A stretch of 61,130 bases of DNA from an uncultured Bacilli bacterium. GTDB lineage: Bacteria > Bacillota_I > Bacilli_A > RF39 > UBA660. The DNA is taken from contig CAJUGF010000004.1 in the NCBI GenBank assembly GCA_910585915.1, positions 1 through 61,130 of the forward strand, read 5' to 3'. Positions 44,335-53,169 of the stretch are shown here, piece by piece. The translations under genes were made by a program, and so were the position numbers. Position 1 is the first letter of the stretch; each line of letters opens with the position of its first letter. The notes under the pieces are model-generated. The model was not told where the DNA came from and searched no databases. It worked only from the letters and a program-made list of their open reading frames with translations.

Positions 44335-46946
44335 TAAAAATATATTTTGATGATAACCTTATTGATCCCACTCAATATAAGTCATTAAATCATTCGTATA
44401 AATTATTTAATGATAATGATAATTTTACTTTAGGTAGTGTCACAGCGAATAAGCATGTTTTAATTATTCCTAAGGAACTGTATATTGATTCTGATATTGT
44501 TACGATTTATGATGATGAAAAATTAATTGCAACTTTATCTATAGATTCATTGATAGATAATGATGACAACACTTATAGTATTACACTAGTCGATTCGATG
44601 ACAAAGTTTGAAGATCGATATGATGCAAGTCCATTAATAAAAGGTGATTCAACAATTACAATAAAAGATGTATTAAAAGATATTTGCTCAACATTTGGTG
44701 TTGAACTAGGAACAGATGATTTTCTAAATTCATCTGAACCAGTAAATAGTTGGAATAACCGAATTAATGCCAGGACATATATTAGTTTTATTGCAGAATT
44801 AAATGGTGGTTTTGCTTTTATCGGAGCAGATGGAAAATTATATTTAAAAAGATATAATACAGAAAAACGTAAATATATCAATTTGAATGAAACAAAAAAA
44901 TTTAAAATTCATGAAAAGCATGTTATTAGTAGGGTAATATATGACGTAGGTGCAGTGAAATATGAATTTGGCGATGAAAGTGGAGAAACTATCTATCTTT
45001 CAAAAGATAATAGGTTTATTAATAATAAGAAGGTAGTAGAAAATATTTATAATGCTGTTGTTGGTTTAGAGTTTTATAGTATTAAATGTGATCAATGTGA
45101 ACAGTTAAATGTGGAAATTGGCGATTGTATATGTTTTAGAAAAGGAGAAGTGGAATTTCCGAGTTTTGCTCAATTTGATAATTCCTATAATGGTGGATGG
45201 CTTGGAGGTTATTCTTTCTTAGTTAAAAACTCCAAACAAAAGGAGACAAATGTTGTTGGTGATAGTGAAAAAATCAAAGATTTAATAATAGATTTAGATT
45301 ATCTCAATCAAAAGTATTCTATAGAATCTAAAGAAATAAAAGAACAATTTGAAGATTTGAGAAATCCAATCCGAAAAATCCAGAGCGATAATCACTTGTG
45401 TATTTATGATGCAGCAGAAGAGAATGCACTAGAATATAAAATATATGGCAAATGTGAACAAGAATATGAATCATCTATACAAAAACCTTGTGAAATAAAG
45501 ACTATAAACGAAGTAAAAGTAAAAATAACTGGGAAGAATTTGTTTGAATCGGAAAATGGTAAAATCGATGATGATGGAACTGAAAGCAATACTTTGTATT
45601 CAGTTAGAAGTAAAGGGTTTATAGATTGTTCTAAAAATAAAACATTTGCTTTTTCAAAAAAAATTCCTATGAATGGCTCAAGTTTGAATGGAATGCTCAG
45701 ATGCTATGATGAAAATAAAAAATTTTTATTTTCTCTTGGAGGATTATCTAGGAATCAAACAAAGAATGTTGTTACGATGCCAGATGAAGTTAAATATTTT
45801 CGATTTGTTCAGTTTGGCTCAGAGTCAGAAGATCCTCAAAAAGTAGATTATGAGATTCAAATCGAAAATAATAACGAAGTAACAGAATATCAGCAATATA
45901 AATCTAATGAAATTAAATATGATTTAAAAGATAACGAACTATGTTCAATTGATGATGTAAAAGATGAATTGGATATAGTAACTGGGAATTTAGTAAAAAA
46001 AATAGCTAAGATTACATTGACTGGGCAAGAGAATTGGAAATATAGTCTGGCGAGCAATGGAGTAAATCGTTTTATATTAGACTTAGATAATTCAAAAGCA
46101 AATACTATGATTGTGTCAAATTATTTTTTAGGTTCATTCAATAAAAATAATTATAACAAGTATAATCAAGCTTATATTGGAAGTAAAGGAGAGCTTTTAG
46201 TATGCTATGATGCAACAACAACTAATGATTTCAAATCTTTTCTAAGACAAAAATTTGATGAAGGAAATCCTGTTGTGATTTATTACATGCTTGCAGAAGA
46301 AAAACATATTATCTTAGATAACGTAAGAATATCGTTATATAAATCTATTAATCATATTGAACTGATGGAAGATATACAAACCGAAACACACATCAGATAT
46401 TTAAAAAATACAGCTTTTAGTGAGGCATTCTATACCAAGTCTGAGGCTCAAGCAGAATTTGAAATTGTCAACAATTCAATTACTAATAAAGTCAGTGAAG
46501 TGAATACATCTATTACTAATGGACTTCTTGAAACAAATGAAAGATTCAACGACTATGCATTAACAGAGAATGTAACACAACAGATTAATTCAGTAGAAAA
46601 TAAAATAACATCAAGTGAGCAAAAAATAACAATCATCAATGAAACTTTAGAAAATGGAATATCACAAGTTAGAACCGAGAAGGGATATACGTTTAACGAC
46701 CAAGGATTATCAATAGATGATAGCAATAGTAAAGCTAAAAACTTATTAAATGAAGTTGGAATGACTATTATAGACAAGAGCACGAACAGTGTTCTTTTAT
46801 TTGCTGGATATGACGAAGGTACTCAGGAATCCATTGTTAAATCAAAAAATATGACGGTTGAGAAGTATTTAGTTGTTCCAAATTGTCGTTTTGAAAGTTA
46901 TCAAAATCCCAATCGTGGAAAAGGAACAGGAGTGTTTGATTTATGA
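44331..46946 (+). CDS. tail-associated/baseplate hub protein (Tal-like)
   Basis: 871 aa, position after Dit-like gene; N-terminus typical of prophage tail endopeptidase-type proteins. Confidence 0.6.
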   Translation: MIKIYFDDNLIDPTQYKSLNHSYKLFNDNDNFTLGSVTANKHVLIIPKELYIDSDIVTIYDDEKLIATLSIDSLIDNDDNTYSITLVDSMTKFEDRYDASPLIKGDSTITIKDVLKDICSTFGVELGTDDFLNSSEPVNSWNNRINARTYISFIAELNGGFAFIGADGKLYLKRYNTEKRKYINLNETKKFKIHEKHVISRVIYDVGAVKYEFGDESGETIYLSKDNRFINNKKVVENIYNAVVGLEFYSIKCDQCEQLNVEIGDCICFRKGEVEFPSFAQFDNSYNGGWLGGYSFLVKNSKQKETNVVGDSEKIKDLIIDLDYLNQKYSIESKEIKEQFEDLRNPIRKIQSDNHLCIYDAAEENALEYKIYGKCEQEYESSIQKPCEIKTINEVKVKITGKNLFESENGKIDDDGTESNTLYSVRSKGFIDCSKNKTFAFSKKIPMNGSSLNGMLRCYDENKKFLFSLGGLSRNQTKNVVTMPDEVKYFRFVQFGSESEDPQKVDYEIQIENNNEVTEYQQYKSNEIKYDLKDNELCSIDDVKDELDIVTGNLVKKIAKITLTGQENWKYSLASNGVNRFILDLDNSKANTMIVSNYFLGSFNKNNYNKYNQAYIGSKGELLVCYDATTTNDFKSFLRQKFDEGNPVVIYYMLAEEKHIILDNVRISLYKSINHIELMEDIQTETHIRYLKNTAFSEAFYTKSEAQAEFEIVNNSITNKVSEVNTSITNGLLETNERFNDYALTENVTQQINSVENKITSSEQKITIINETLENGISQVRTEKGYTFNDQGLSIDDSNSKAKNLLNEVGMTIIDKSTNSVLLFAGYDEGTQESIVKSKNMTVEKYLVVPNCRFESYQNPNRGKGTGVFDL

Positions 46947-48820
46947 GTTTACAAACAAAACAATTAACAGCAAATGGCTCGAACGGGCATCATAAATTTA
47001 TATTAAATATTAATGAAGAAAGTATTAGCACTGATAGAAATTCATCATCTATCAGTTTTTCTTTTCAACTTTTGCCACTTCAAAACGGTTGGGATTGGAA
47101 TATAGGATCAAATCCAATTCGCTATAATATTAATATTGAGGGCACAGATTATAGTGGAACGATTACATCTTATGTTGGTAGTGGAACAGTAACATTAAAA
47201 ACTGGAACTCAAGAAGTATGGCATAATTCAGAAGGTAAGTTGAATATGAATGTGAGGTTCAGTGTTACTGATCCGACAGGACGCTCTTATACGTGTGGTA
47301 ATGCAAGTGCAAGTACAACGATGCCTTTGACGAATATAGCTCGCTCAACTGCATGTCCTGCATTAAGCGGAGATATTGAAAGCACATATAATATTGCTTT
47401 AAATCCAGCAAGTTCGTCATTCACACATAGTTTAAAAGTTAATTTTGGAAGTTTGTCAGGATTCGTTAATGCAAGTGGAGCTTTGCAATCAACTGAATAT
47501 AAATTTTCGAATAATAACATTAATTTTACGATACCTAGTAGTTTTTATAGTCAATTTTCTGGAAAATCAGGAACAGGGACATTAACGTTAACTACATACA
47601 ATGGATCAACAAAAATAGGAGAGAAGACTGCTAAGTTAACTGCAAATTGTTTAGAATCCAGATGTCGACCGTCAATTTCTGCAGCAGTAAAAGATGTTAA
47701 TCAAGCAACTATTGATTTGACTGGTGATGCAAATAAGATTGTCAAAGGGTTCTCTAACGTTTTAATCACACCAGCAATTAAAGCATCCGTGACTTCTGGA
47801 GATACTAAATCAACGATAACATCCAAGTCAGTAGATGGTACTGTATTTACTACTTCTAATGTTACTTTGAATAAAGTTAATAAAAAAGATTTTAGTATTA
47901 CAGCAACGAATAGCAGAGGTTTTAGTACTACAGTTACTGTTTCTGCAACTGGCTCATTAGTAGATTATTTTAGCCCAATTATGAATGCAAATTTTGCTAG
48001 AATAGATCAAACAAGTGCCGAAGTCAAATTGACTTATAGCGGTACTTTTTTTAATTCGAATTTTGGCAAAGTGGCCAATACTATTGCTTTGAAGTGGTAT
48101 TGGCAAGAAAAATATGCAAATAGTTGGACGTTTGGTGGTACAATCACTCCAACGCTGAATAATAATAATATTAAACAAACTACGATTAATTGTGGAGCTA
48201 TATTTGATTATCAAAAAAATTATAGATTTAAATTAGAAGCAATTGATAATCTTTCAAATGGTAATAAGGAGATGGATGTTACAGCAGGCATACCTAATTT
48301 TGATTTTGGAAAAGAATGGTTTGAACATCACACAAATGTTTACTTTGATAAAAAAACAATTTTTCAAGCAGGATTAGAATTACTTCATGAAACTCCATAT
48401 TTAGATTTTCATTTTGCAAATGCTAGTGATGATTTTACTTCGAGAATTATCGAAAAAGCAAAAGGAGTTTTAACTTGTGAAAAAGATTTAAATGTTGCTG
48501 GAAAACTAAAACAAGGCAATGTCGATTTAATTACGAGTGGAACGTCTAATAACTGGACATACTTTTGCTTTTTAAACAAATTTGTTATTGGATTTCGTTG
48601 CATTAATGTAACTTTCGCTAATGGTCTTGCAGAAATTGGTCCACCAGCAGGAATCCAGTCTGGAATAGTGGTTGCTACATCTGTTTGGAATAACGAAGGT
48701 AATCTGAGTTTGAATGCTCATTTTACTGGTTCAATAGTTAATGTTAATGCCTGGAATCAAGATAATTCGAAATATTCAGGAACTAATTTAATCAATCTTA
48801 TAATTGTAGGACAAAAATAG
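46943..48820 (+). CDS. receptor-binding/tail fibre protein (DUF859-like N-terminus)
   Basis: 625 aa, Ser/Thr/Asn-rich beta-type sequence, last large tail gene. Confidence 0.55.
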   Translation: MSLQTKQLTANGSNGHHKFILNINEESISTDRNSSSISFSFQLLPLQNGWDWNIGSNPIRYNINIEGTDYSGTITSYVGSGTVTLKTGTQEVWHNSEGKLNMNVRFSVTDPTGRSYTCGNASASTTMPLTNIARSTACPALSGDIESTYNIALNPASSSFTHSLKVNFGSLSGFVNASGALQSTEYKFSNNNINFTIPSSFYSQFSGKSGTGTLTLTTYNGSTKIGEKTAKLTANCLESRCRPSISAAVKDVNQATIDLTGDANKIVKGFSNVLITPAIKASVTSGDTKSTITSKSVDGTVFTTSNVTLNKVNKKDFSITATNSRGFSTTVTVSATGSLVDYFSPIMNANFARIDQTSAEVKLTYSGTFFNSNFGKVANTIALKWYWQEKYANSWTFGGTITPTLNNNNIKQTTINCGAIFDYQKNYRFKLEAIDNLSNGNKEMDVTAGIPNFDFGKEWFEHHTNVYFDKKTIFQAGLELLHETPYLDFHFANASDDFTSRIIEKAKGVLTCEKDLNVAGKLKQGNVDLITSGTSNNWTYFCFLNKFVIGFRCINVTFANGLAEIGPPAGIQSGIVVATSVWNNEGNLSLNAHFTGSIVNVNAWNQDNSKYSGTNLINLIIVGQK

Positions 48821-48834
48821 AAAGGATTTTATAA

Positions 48835-49029
48835 ATGAAAGTAAAATTATATTCGTCAAGAAAAGTTAATATAGAGACTTTGTCTGGGGGATATATAGGA
48901 ACGAGATATGAACAAAACGCAACAATATTAGAGTTCGATTTCTCTGATTTAAATATAGAAAATATTGAAAGCATGACAAAAACAATCCATTTGGTTAATA
49001 AAGAAAGGAAAAAATTATGGAAGGACTAA
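48835..49029 (+). CDS. hypothetical protein
   Basis: 64-aa ORF. Confidence 0.4.
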   Translation: MKVKLYSSRKVNIETLSGGYIGTRYEQNATILEFDFSDLNIENIESMTKTIHLVNKERKKLWKD

Positions 49030-49298
49030 AAAGAATAAAAGATAGTTATTTATTAGTAACTTTTTTTGCTGGGTTAGTGGTTAGTGGGTTTATGTTCGCT
49101 CATAATACACTAAACAAATATGATGAACTATTAAACAAACTTAACACTACACAACAGATGTCTTTAAAAAGCGTTATATGGAATGAATCCATTCCAAAGG
49201 GAGAGCGTGCAGCAGCTTGCGATGTTTATCTTGGAGCAGGCTACAATTCAATGACAAAAAAAGAATGCCAAAAAATATTAGAAAGTGAAGAAAAATAA
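49017..49298 (+). CDS. membrane-anchored protein in lysis cassette
   Basis: One TM helix LLVTFFAGLVVSGFMFA. Confidence 0.5.
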   Translation: MEGLKRIKDSYLLVTFFAGLVVSGFMFAHNTLNKYDELLNKLNTTQQMSLKSVIWNESIPKGERAAACDVYLGAGYNSMTKKECQKILESEEK

Positions 49299-49474
49299 TG
49301 AAAAAAGCATGGAGTGATTTAAAGTCATTTGTAACAGTAGTAATGACTATAGCAATGGTTCTATTGCTATTTGTTCCTTACGAAGTTAATAAAGAAGTTT
49401 TAATGTTATTTAGTACGTCATATGGAGCAATAATGACGTATTTTTTTAATAAAAAAGATAAGGAGAGTAATTAA
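49298..49474 (+). CDS. holin (58 aa, two TM helices; not in ORF track)
   Basis: MKKAWSDLKSFVTVVMTIAMVLLLFVP...LMLFSTSYGAIMTYFF + charged tail; TAATG coupling; upstream of the endolysin. Confidence 0.6.
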   Translation: MKKAWSDLKSFVTVVMTIAMVLLLFVPYEVNKEVLMLFSTSYGAIMTYFFNKKDKESN

Positions 49475-49561
49475 TATGGAAGAAAATAAAGTACAAGAAA
49501 TTGAGGAAGTTATGAAAGAAGTAACAGAAGAGATTGTAGAAAGTTTTGAGGAGGTTTAATA

Positions 49562-50194
49562 ATGAGTAGAGTTTTAAATAAAAATCATATAGTAACTTAT
49601 AGTTACAAAAAAGGTGTTCACGATGGTATAGATCTAGTAGGCGAGGGATATACACTTGCAGATGTAAAAGCACATTCTACGGGAACGGTAGTATCAGTAA
49701 GAAAAGACTACCAAACTACTGATAAAACTGGAAATAGCTACGGAAACTACGTAAAAATTAAACATGAAGGTGGATACGAAACTCTTTATGCACATTTGAA
49801 ATTTGGAAGTGTTTGTGTAAATGTAGGCGACGTAGTAACTTGTGGGCAAAAGATTGGTTCTATGGGAGCGACTGGATATTGCTTCGGAGCACATACACAT
49901 TTTGAAGTTAGAAAAGATGGTGTGAAAATAGATCCAACTCAATTTATAAATTCTGATTTGCCAAAAATTCAAAAAATAGAACCAGTTCAACAACCAACAC
50001 CACAACCACAGCAAAAATCACAAGCAGATGTTCTTGAAATTGTAAAAAGAACCATTCGTGGAGATTTTGGAAATCAGCCAGAACGTCAAAAAAAGATTGA
50101 AAGTCTAGGTTTCAATTACGAGGAAGTTAGAAAACAAGTAAATCTAAATTATCAACATGGAACGACTAGATGGGACAATGTTAAATTGTATTAA
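49562..50194 (+). CDS. endolysin: M23 peptidase + CW_7 (Cpl-7-like) wall-binding repeat
   Basis: HDGIDL and GAHTHFE M23 zinc motifs; P/Q linker; C-terminal VKRTIRGDFGNQPERQKKIESLGFNYEEVRKQVN resembles a Cpl-7 repeat. Confidence 0.8.
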   Translation: MSRVLNKNHIVTYSYKKGVHDGIDLVGEGYTLADVKAHSTGTVVSVRKDYQTTDKTGNSYGNYVKIKHEGGYETLYAHLKFGSVCVNVGDVVTCGQKIGSMGATGYCFGAHTHFEVRKDGVKIDPTQFINSDLPKIQKIEPVQQPTPQPQQKSQADVLEIVKRTIRGDFGNQPERQKKIESLGFNYEEVRKQVNLNYQHGTTRWDNVKLY

Positions 50195-50201
50195 AATTAA
50201 A

Positions 50202-50232
50202 GGATAATCTCAATCGAGGTTATCCTTTTTTT
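50202..50232 (+). terminator. strong intrinsic terminator ending the late operon
   Basis: GGATAATCTC-AATC-GAGGTTATCC (10 bp) followed by T7. Confidence 0.8.
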
Positions 50233-50383
50233 GTTTGTCTAAATTTAAATCTTTTCTAATTAAAGATAGAACATAATCTTGAAAAGATGAGATGTTTCTT
50301 TTTATCATTTCTATTTTAATTTTTTTATATTCTTCTTCTTCAATTCTAATAGTCTGTTTTTTTATCATTTATATAGCTTCTTT

Positions 50384-50641
50384 CTATTTACAATCAATAT
50401 CATCAACGACTTCGATAATATCATCATCTTCATCAACGATAACTTCTTGTAAAGTGGCTATATCTTTATATAATCTTACATGATTATCATCCCAATGCAT
50501 TTTGCTTTCGAATTTTTCAAATTCTTGTTTAGCTTCTTTTAAATTATCAAACATTTTTTGATCATATTCAAAATAAATTCCTTTTCCTTCTTTTTCGTTT
50601 TTCATTTCTTCCTCTTCATAATAAATACAATATTTTTTCAT
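50384..50641 (-). CDS. highly acidic 85-aa moron protein
   Basis: AGAAGGA RBS, own consensus promoter; many D/E residues including a VIVDEDDDIIEVVDDID tail. Confidence 0.6.
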   Translation of the reverse strand: MKKYCIYYEEEEMKNEKEGKGIYFEYDQKMFDNLKEAKQEFEKFESKMHWDDNHVRLYKDIATLQEVIVDEDDDIIEVVDDIDCK

Positions 50642-50664
50642 TACAATTCCTTCTTTCTGAATTA

Positions 50665-50697
50665 ATTATAGCATATTGACGTCATGACGTCAATATG
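50665..50697 (-). promoter_or_regulatory. consensus promoter (TTGACG-N17-TGcTATAAT) embedded in a perfect 26-bp palindrome
   Basis: Palindrome CATATTGACGTCATGACGTCAATATG 50672-50697; minus-strand -35 at 50688-50693, -10 at 50665-50670. Confidence 0.65.
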
Positions 50698-50866
50698 TTT
50701 TTGAAAAATTATATTTTTTTATTTTCTACAGATTGAATTGAAGTATTGAATAGTTAAATAATTATCATCAGTTTAAAAAAAGGAAGAAATAAATTCTTCC
50801 CATAACATGAATTAGACTTTCGTCCAGAAACAAAGTATCACATTATATACAAAATGTCAAATAAGT

Positions 50867-50973
50867 TTGCTAAGAGGAATTGCAAAAGGTATAATATAGA
50901 TGAGAACAAAAAAGAGATACTCTTGTATCTGTTCTCAATTACGTTTCTGCGTCTCTTAATTGAGACGCTTTTT
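50867..50973 (+). ncRNA. candidate small RNA (promoter, ~70-nt transcript, terminator)
   Basis: TTGCTA(50867)-N17-TATAAT(50890); hairpin GAGAACA...TGTTCTC 50902-50936 with inner AGATAC/GTATCT; terminator GCGTCTC-TTAATT-GAGACGC-T5 50949-50973. Confidence 0.4.
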
Positions 50974-51247
50974 ATTTATCTTTGTCTTTAATCAAAATTA
51001 TCAAAATAATTAGTATTATTAGATATTCCATAGCTACTTCCTAATATCATAATAATCACCCCACATAAAAGACACAAAAGTACCTTAACAATTATAACAA
51101 TCGATCACTAAGTTGTCGATATTTGTCGTTCAAAATATATCACAAAATGTCTGAATTTGTGTTATTTTTGTTTTGGGGGGATTTTTGCGTGACAAGAAAT
51201 CAATTAGAAAGAAAGTTAAATTATTTGAGAAAAGAAATTATATATTA

Positions 51248-51403
51248 TAGTAGAGTATTTCCACAAAGTAATAAAATAGCAATATTAAAAAGTGAGTATA
51301 GGTATTACATAAAATTGACAAAATAATTGTCTATTATATGATATTTATGTTGTGGGTGATTGTACTTGACAAAATTACAAAAAGTAGTAGAGTATTTCCA
51401 CAA
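51248..51403 (+). repeat. 19-bp direct repeat TAGTAGAGTATTTCCACAA upstream of the Panacea gene
   Basis: Copies at 51248-51266 and 51385-51403; TTGACAAAAT also occurs twice (51314, 51366). Confidence 0.8.
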
Positions 51404-51455
51404 CTTATGTTATTCTATTTTTAGAATAGGAAAACTAATTAGAGGTGAAAAAAAT

Positions 51456-51961
51456 ATGAATCAAATTTATAGTGCATTAGATATTGCAACTTGGTTCATC
51501 TACAAAAATTATGCAGAAAAAAAAGAAAATCAGGCAAGTAATGATGATTATGAAGTATATGAAAGTTTAACACATTTAAAATTACAAAAATTATTATATT
51601 ATGCTCAAGGAATATCTTTATCTCAAAATGATTGTGTACTTTTTAAAGAAAAAATAGAAGCATGGGAACACGGACCAGTTGTAAAAAGTGTTTTTAATAA
51701 GTTTTCTTCTAAAGGAAGAACAGAAATAACAATAGAAGATGTTTCAGATGCTAATATTATTAGGAAAATAGAATCTGATACAAAAGCGAGAGAAGTATAA
51801 ATATAACTTATGATAACTTTGCTATTTATACAGCATGGCAATTAAGAAATATGACACATAAACAAGGAAGCCCATGGTATAAATCTTATTTTCCTAACCT
51901 AAACAAAGAAATAAAAATTGATATAATAAAAGAATATTTTGATAAAGAAGTAATGGAATAA
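51456..51961 (+). pseudogene. SocA/Panacea (DUF4065) antitoxin-domain gene interrupted by a 1-nt frame shift
   Basis: THLKLQKLLYYAQG...IEAWEHGPVV is the Panacea core (51456..51800); the rest ...YDNFAIYTAWQLRNMTHKQGSPWY... continues in the -1 frame to 51961; shift lies within 51779-51800. Confidence 0.65.
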
Positions 51962-52353
51962 TGGCAACAAAAAGAGTAAAAACGCATTCTTTAATCAATA
52001 ATAAATTCTGCACAAATTGCTTTAATCCAACACATATTAAATTTAACTTTTCTTTCATAACATATGATGATAATTTTTTAGAAGAATATCAGGTGCAACT
52101 TTTAAAAAGAATAAGAGAACTTTCATCAGTACCTTATCTAGAAATGATATCGTGGTCAAAAAATATAGGGATAGAAATAGAAAAAATTAATATAAAAAAA
52201 GATATATCAAATGATTTTTTTCTAGGGAATAGTCATCGTGATTTTGATGATAAAAAATTTGCAATTTTTCGATTATATACTAATAATAATCCTATTGTTG
52301 CAAGAGTTATAGGAAGATTGATTAATAAAGTCTTTTATATATTTTTTTATTGA
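51961..52353 (+). CDS. putative toxin partner of the Panacea antitoxin (unknown fold); 3' end possibly truncated at a T7 run
   Basis: TAATG coupling to the Panacea gene; removing one T of the run 52342-52348 extends the ORF to ...IFFIDIGGDLYNH (stop 52379-52381). Confidence 0.45.
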   Translation: MATKRVKTHSLINNKFCTNCFNPTHIKFNFSFITYDDNFLEEYQVQLLKRIRELSSVPYLEMISWSKNIGIEIEKINIKKDISNDFFLGNSHRDFDDKKFAIFRLYTNNNPIVARVIGRLINKVFYIFFY

Positions 52354-52394
52354 TATAGGTGGAGATTTATATAACCATTAATTTGTGATATAAT

Positions 52395-52434
52395 AAAAAA
52401 GTCTTAGGTGACCCGTGTGGGCCTAGGACTTTTT
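52395..52434. terminator. bidirectional terminator
   Basis: A6-GTCTTAGG-N13-CCTAGGAC-T5 between convergent genes. Confidence 0.65.
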
Positions 52435-52984
52435 ATTTTATATAACTTTTCCCAAACATTCTTATAAATTCATCCAACTCTCCATAATAACTCAACCAGT
52501 AATCTCTGCATCTATCATGCCAGTACTGATTAAATGATTCATCTTCTTGCAGAGTAGAGTGATGATATTCACACAAAGGTATTACGAATCCATATTTCAT
52601 AGAACGTTGCCGATTACGTCCTGAAAAAAGCTCGTGTTTTGTAATAGATCCAAAACACTCTTTATTTGCATAAAAGCATGTTTTTAAGTCATCAATAAAC
52701 ACAGAATAGCGATTTCTTTCGAGTTTAGTTAGCTTTGATGATTTCTGTTTTATTTTATGGCTATTTGATTTTCTCTGCACATTTCTGTAGAGCTCTGTGT
52801 TATTCTCTGCAGAGATATTAGAATTATGCTTTCCTGTTGAACTATCCGAAAATTTCGGAAGGTTCCTATATTCAAAATACTTGCAATCATACTTATTACA
52901 TTTTTTAATATCAATTATTTTATTTGTTTTTTTACATTCAAATTTCTTGTTTATTTTTATTTTTAGATATTTACAATTTGCCAT
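52433..52984 (-). CDS. HNH/NinG-like zinc-binding protein
   Basis: N-terminal Cys cluster; C-terminal KHELFSGRNRQRSMKYGFVIPLCEYHH resembles HNH-type phage proteins; family assignment from memory, weak. Confidence 0.4.
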   Translation of the reverse strand: MANCKYLKIKINKKFECKKTNKIIDIKKCNKYDCKYFEYRNLPKFSDSSTGKHNSNISAENNTELYRNVQRKSNSHKIKQKSSKLTKLERNRYSVFIDDLKTCFYANKECFGSITKHELFSGRNRQRSMKYGFVIPLCEYHHSTLQEDESFNQYWHDRCRDYWLSYYGELDEFIRMFGKSYIK

Positions 52985-53020
52985 TTTTTATACTTTAATC
53001 TTTGCTAGAAAATGCTTCAA

Positions 53021-53040
53021 AAACTAACATACAACTAACA
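53021..53040 (+). repeat. AAACTAACA + ACAACTAACA motifs (putative integrase arm-type sites, P arm)
   Basis: Same 10-mer as at 11780-11800. Confidence 0.5.
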
Positions 53041-53078
53041 AATAGTGCGATTTTACTAGGAAAAATAGACTATAAAAA

Positions 53079-53104
53079 GGGTTCAAGTCCCTTCGCCTGC
53101 ACCA
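53079..53104 (+). repeat. attR core (displaced 3' end of tRNA-Leu)
   Basis: Identical to 11676-11701. Confidence 0.9.
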
Positions 53105-53145
53105 TATAGATAGGAAACTCGAACTTTTCGAGTAAGTAATAGATT

Positions 53146-53169
53146 ACTAACAGAAATGTTAGTTTTTTT
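53146..53169 (+). terminator. original tRNA-operon terminator, now downstream of attR
   Basis: ACTAACA-GAAA-TGTTAGT followed by T7. Confidence 0.6.

Larger units (their letters stand above)
11676..53104. mobile_element. integrated siphovirus-type temperate prophage (~41.4 kb)
   Basis: 26-bp perfect direct repeat at both ends, integrase next to attL, complete lysogeny/replication/packaging/head/tail/lysis gene order between them. Confidence 0.9.

Noticed and set aside
50292-50483. 63-aa plus-strand ORF (FLFIISILIF...SSSS).
   Set aside because: It is antisense to the acidic 85-aa gene, which has its own promoter and RBS. The poly-Ser/Ile product is just the reverse reading of D/E codons.
51123-51326. 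67-aa ORF, and the N-terminal extension of track ORF 51360..51800.
   Set aside because: There is no RBS, and the region contains duplicated promoter- and operator-like repeats. The Panacea domain begins at the ATG at 51456, which has an AGAGGTGA RBS.
11676-53104. Search for a reverse transcriptase (DGR or retron), a CRISPR array, or known multi-gene defence systems (CBASS, Thoeris, Gabija, restriction-modification) inside the prophage.
   Set aside because: No RT motifs (YxDD), no repeat-spacer arrays, and no cyclase, TIR, SIR2 or methyltransferase motifs were seen in any ORF. Nothing supports such calls.
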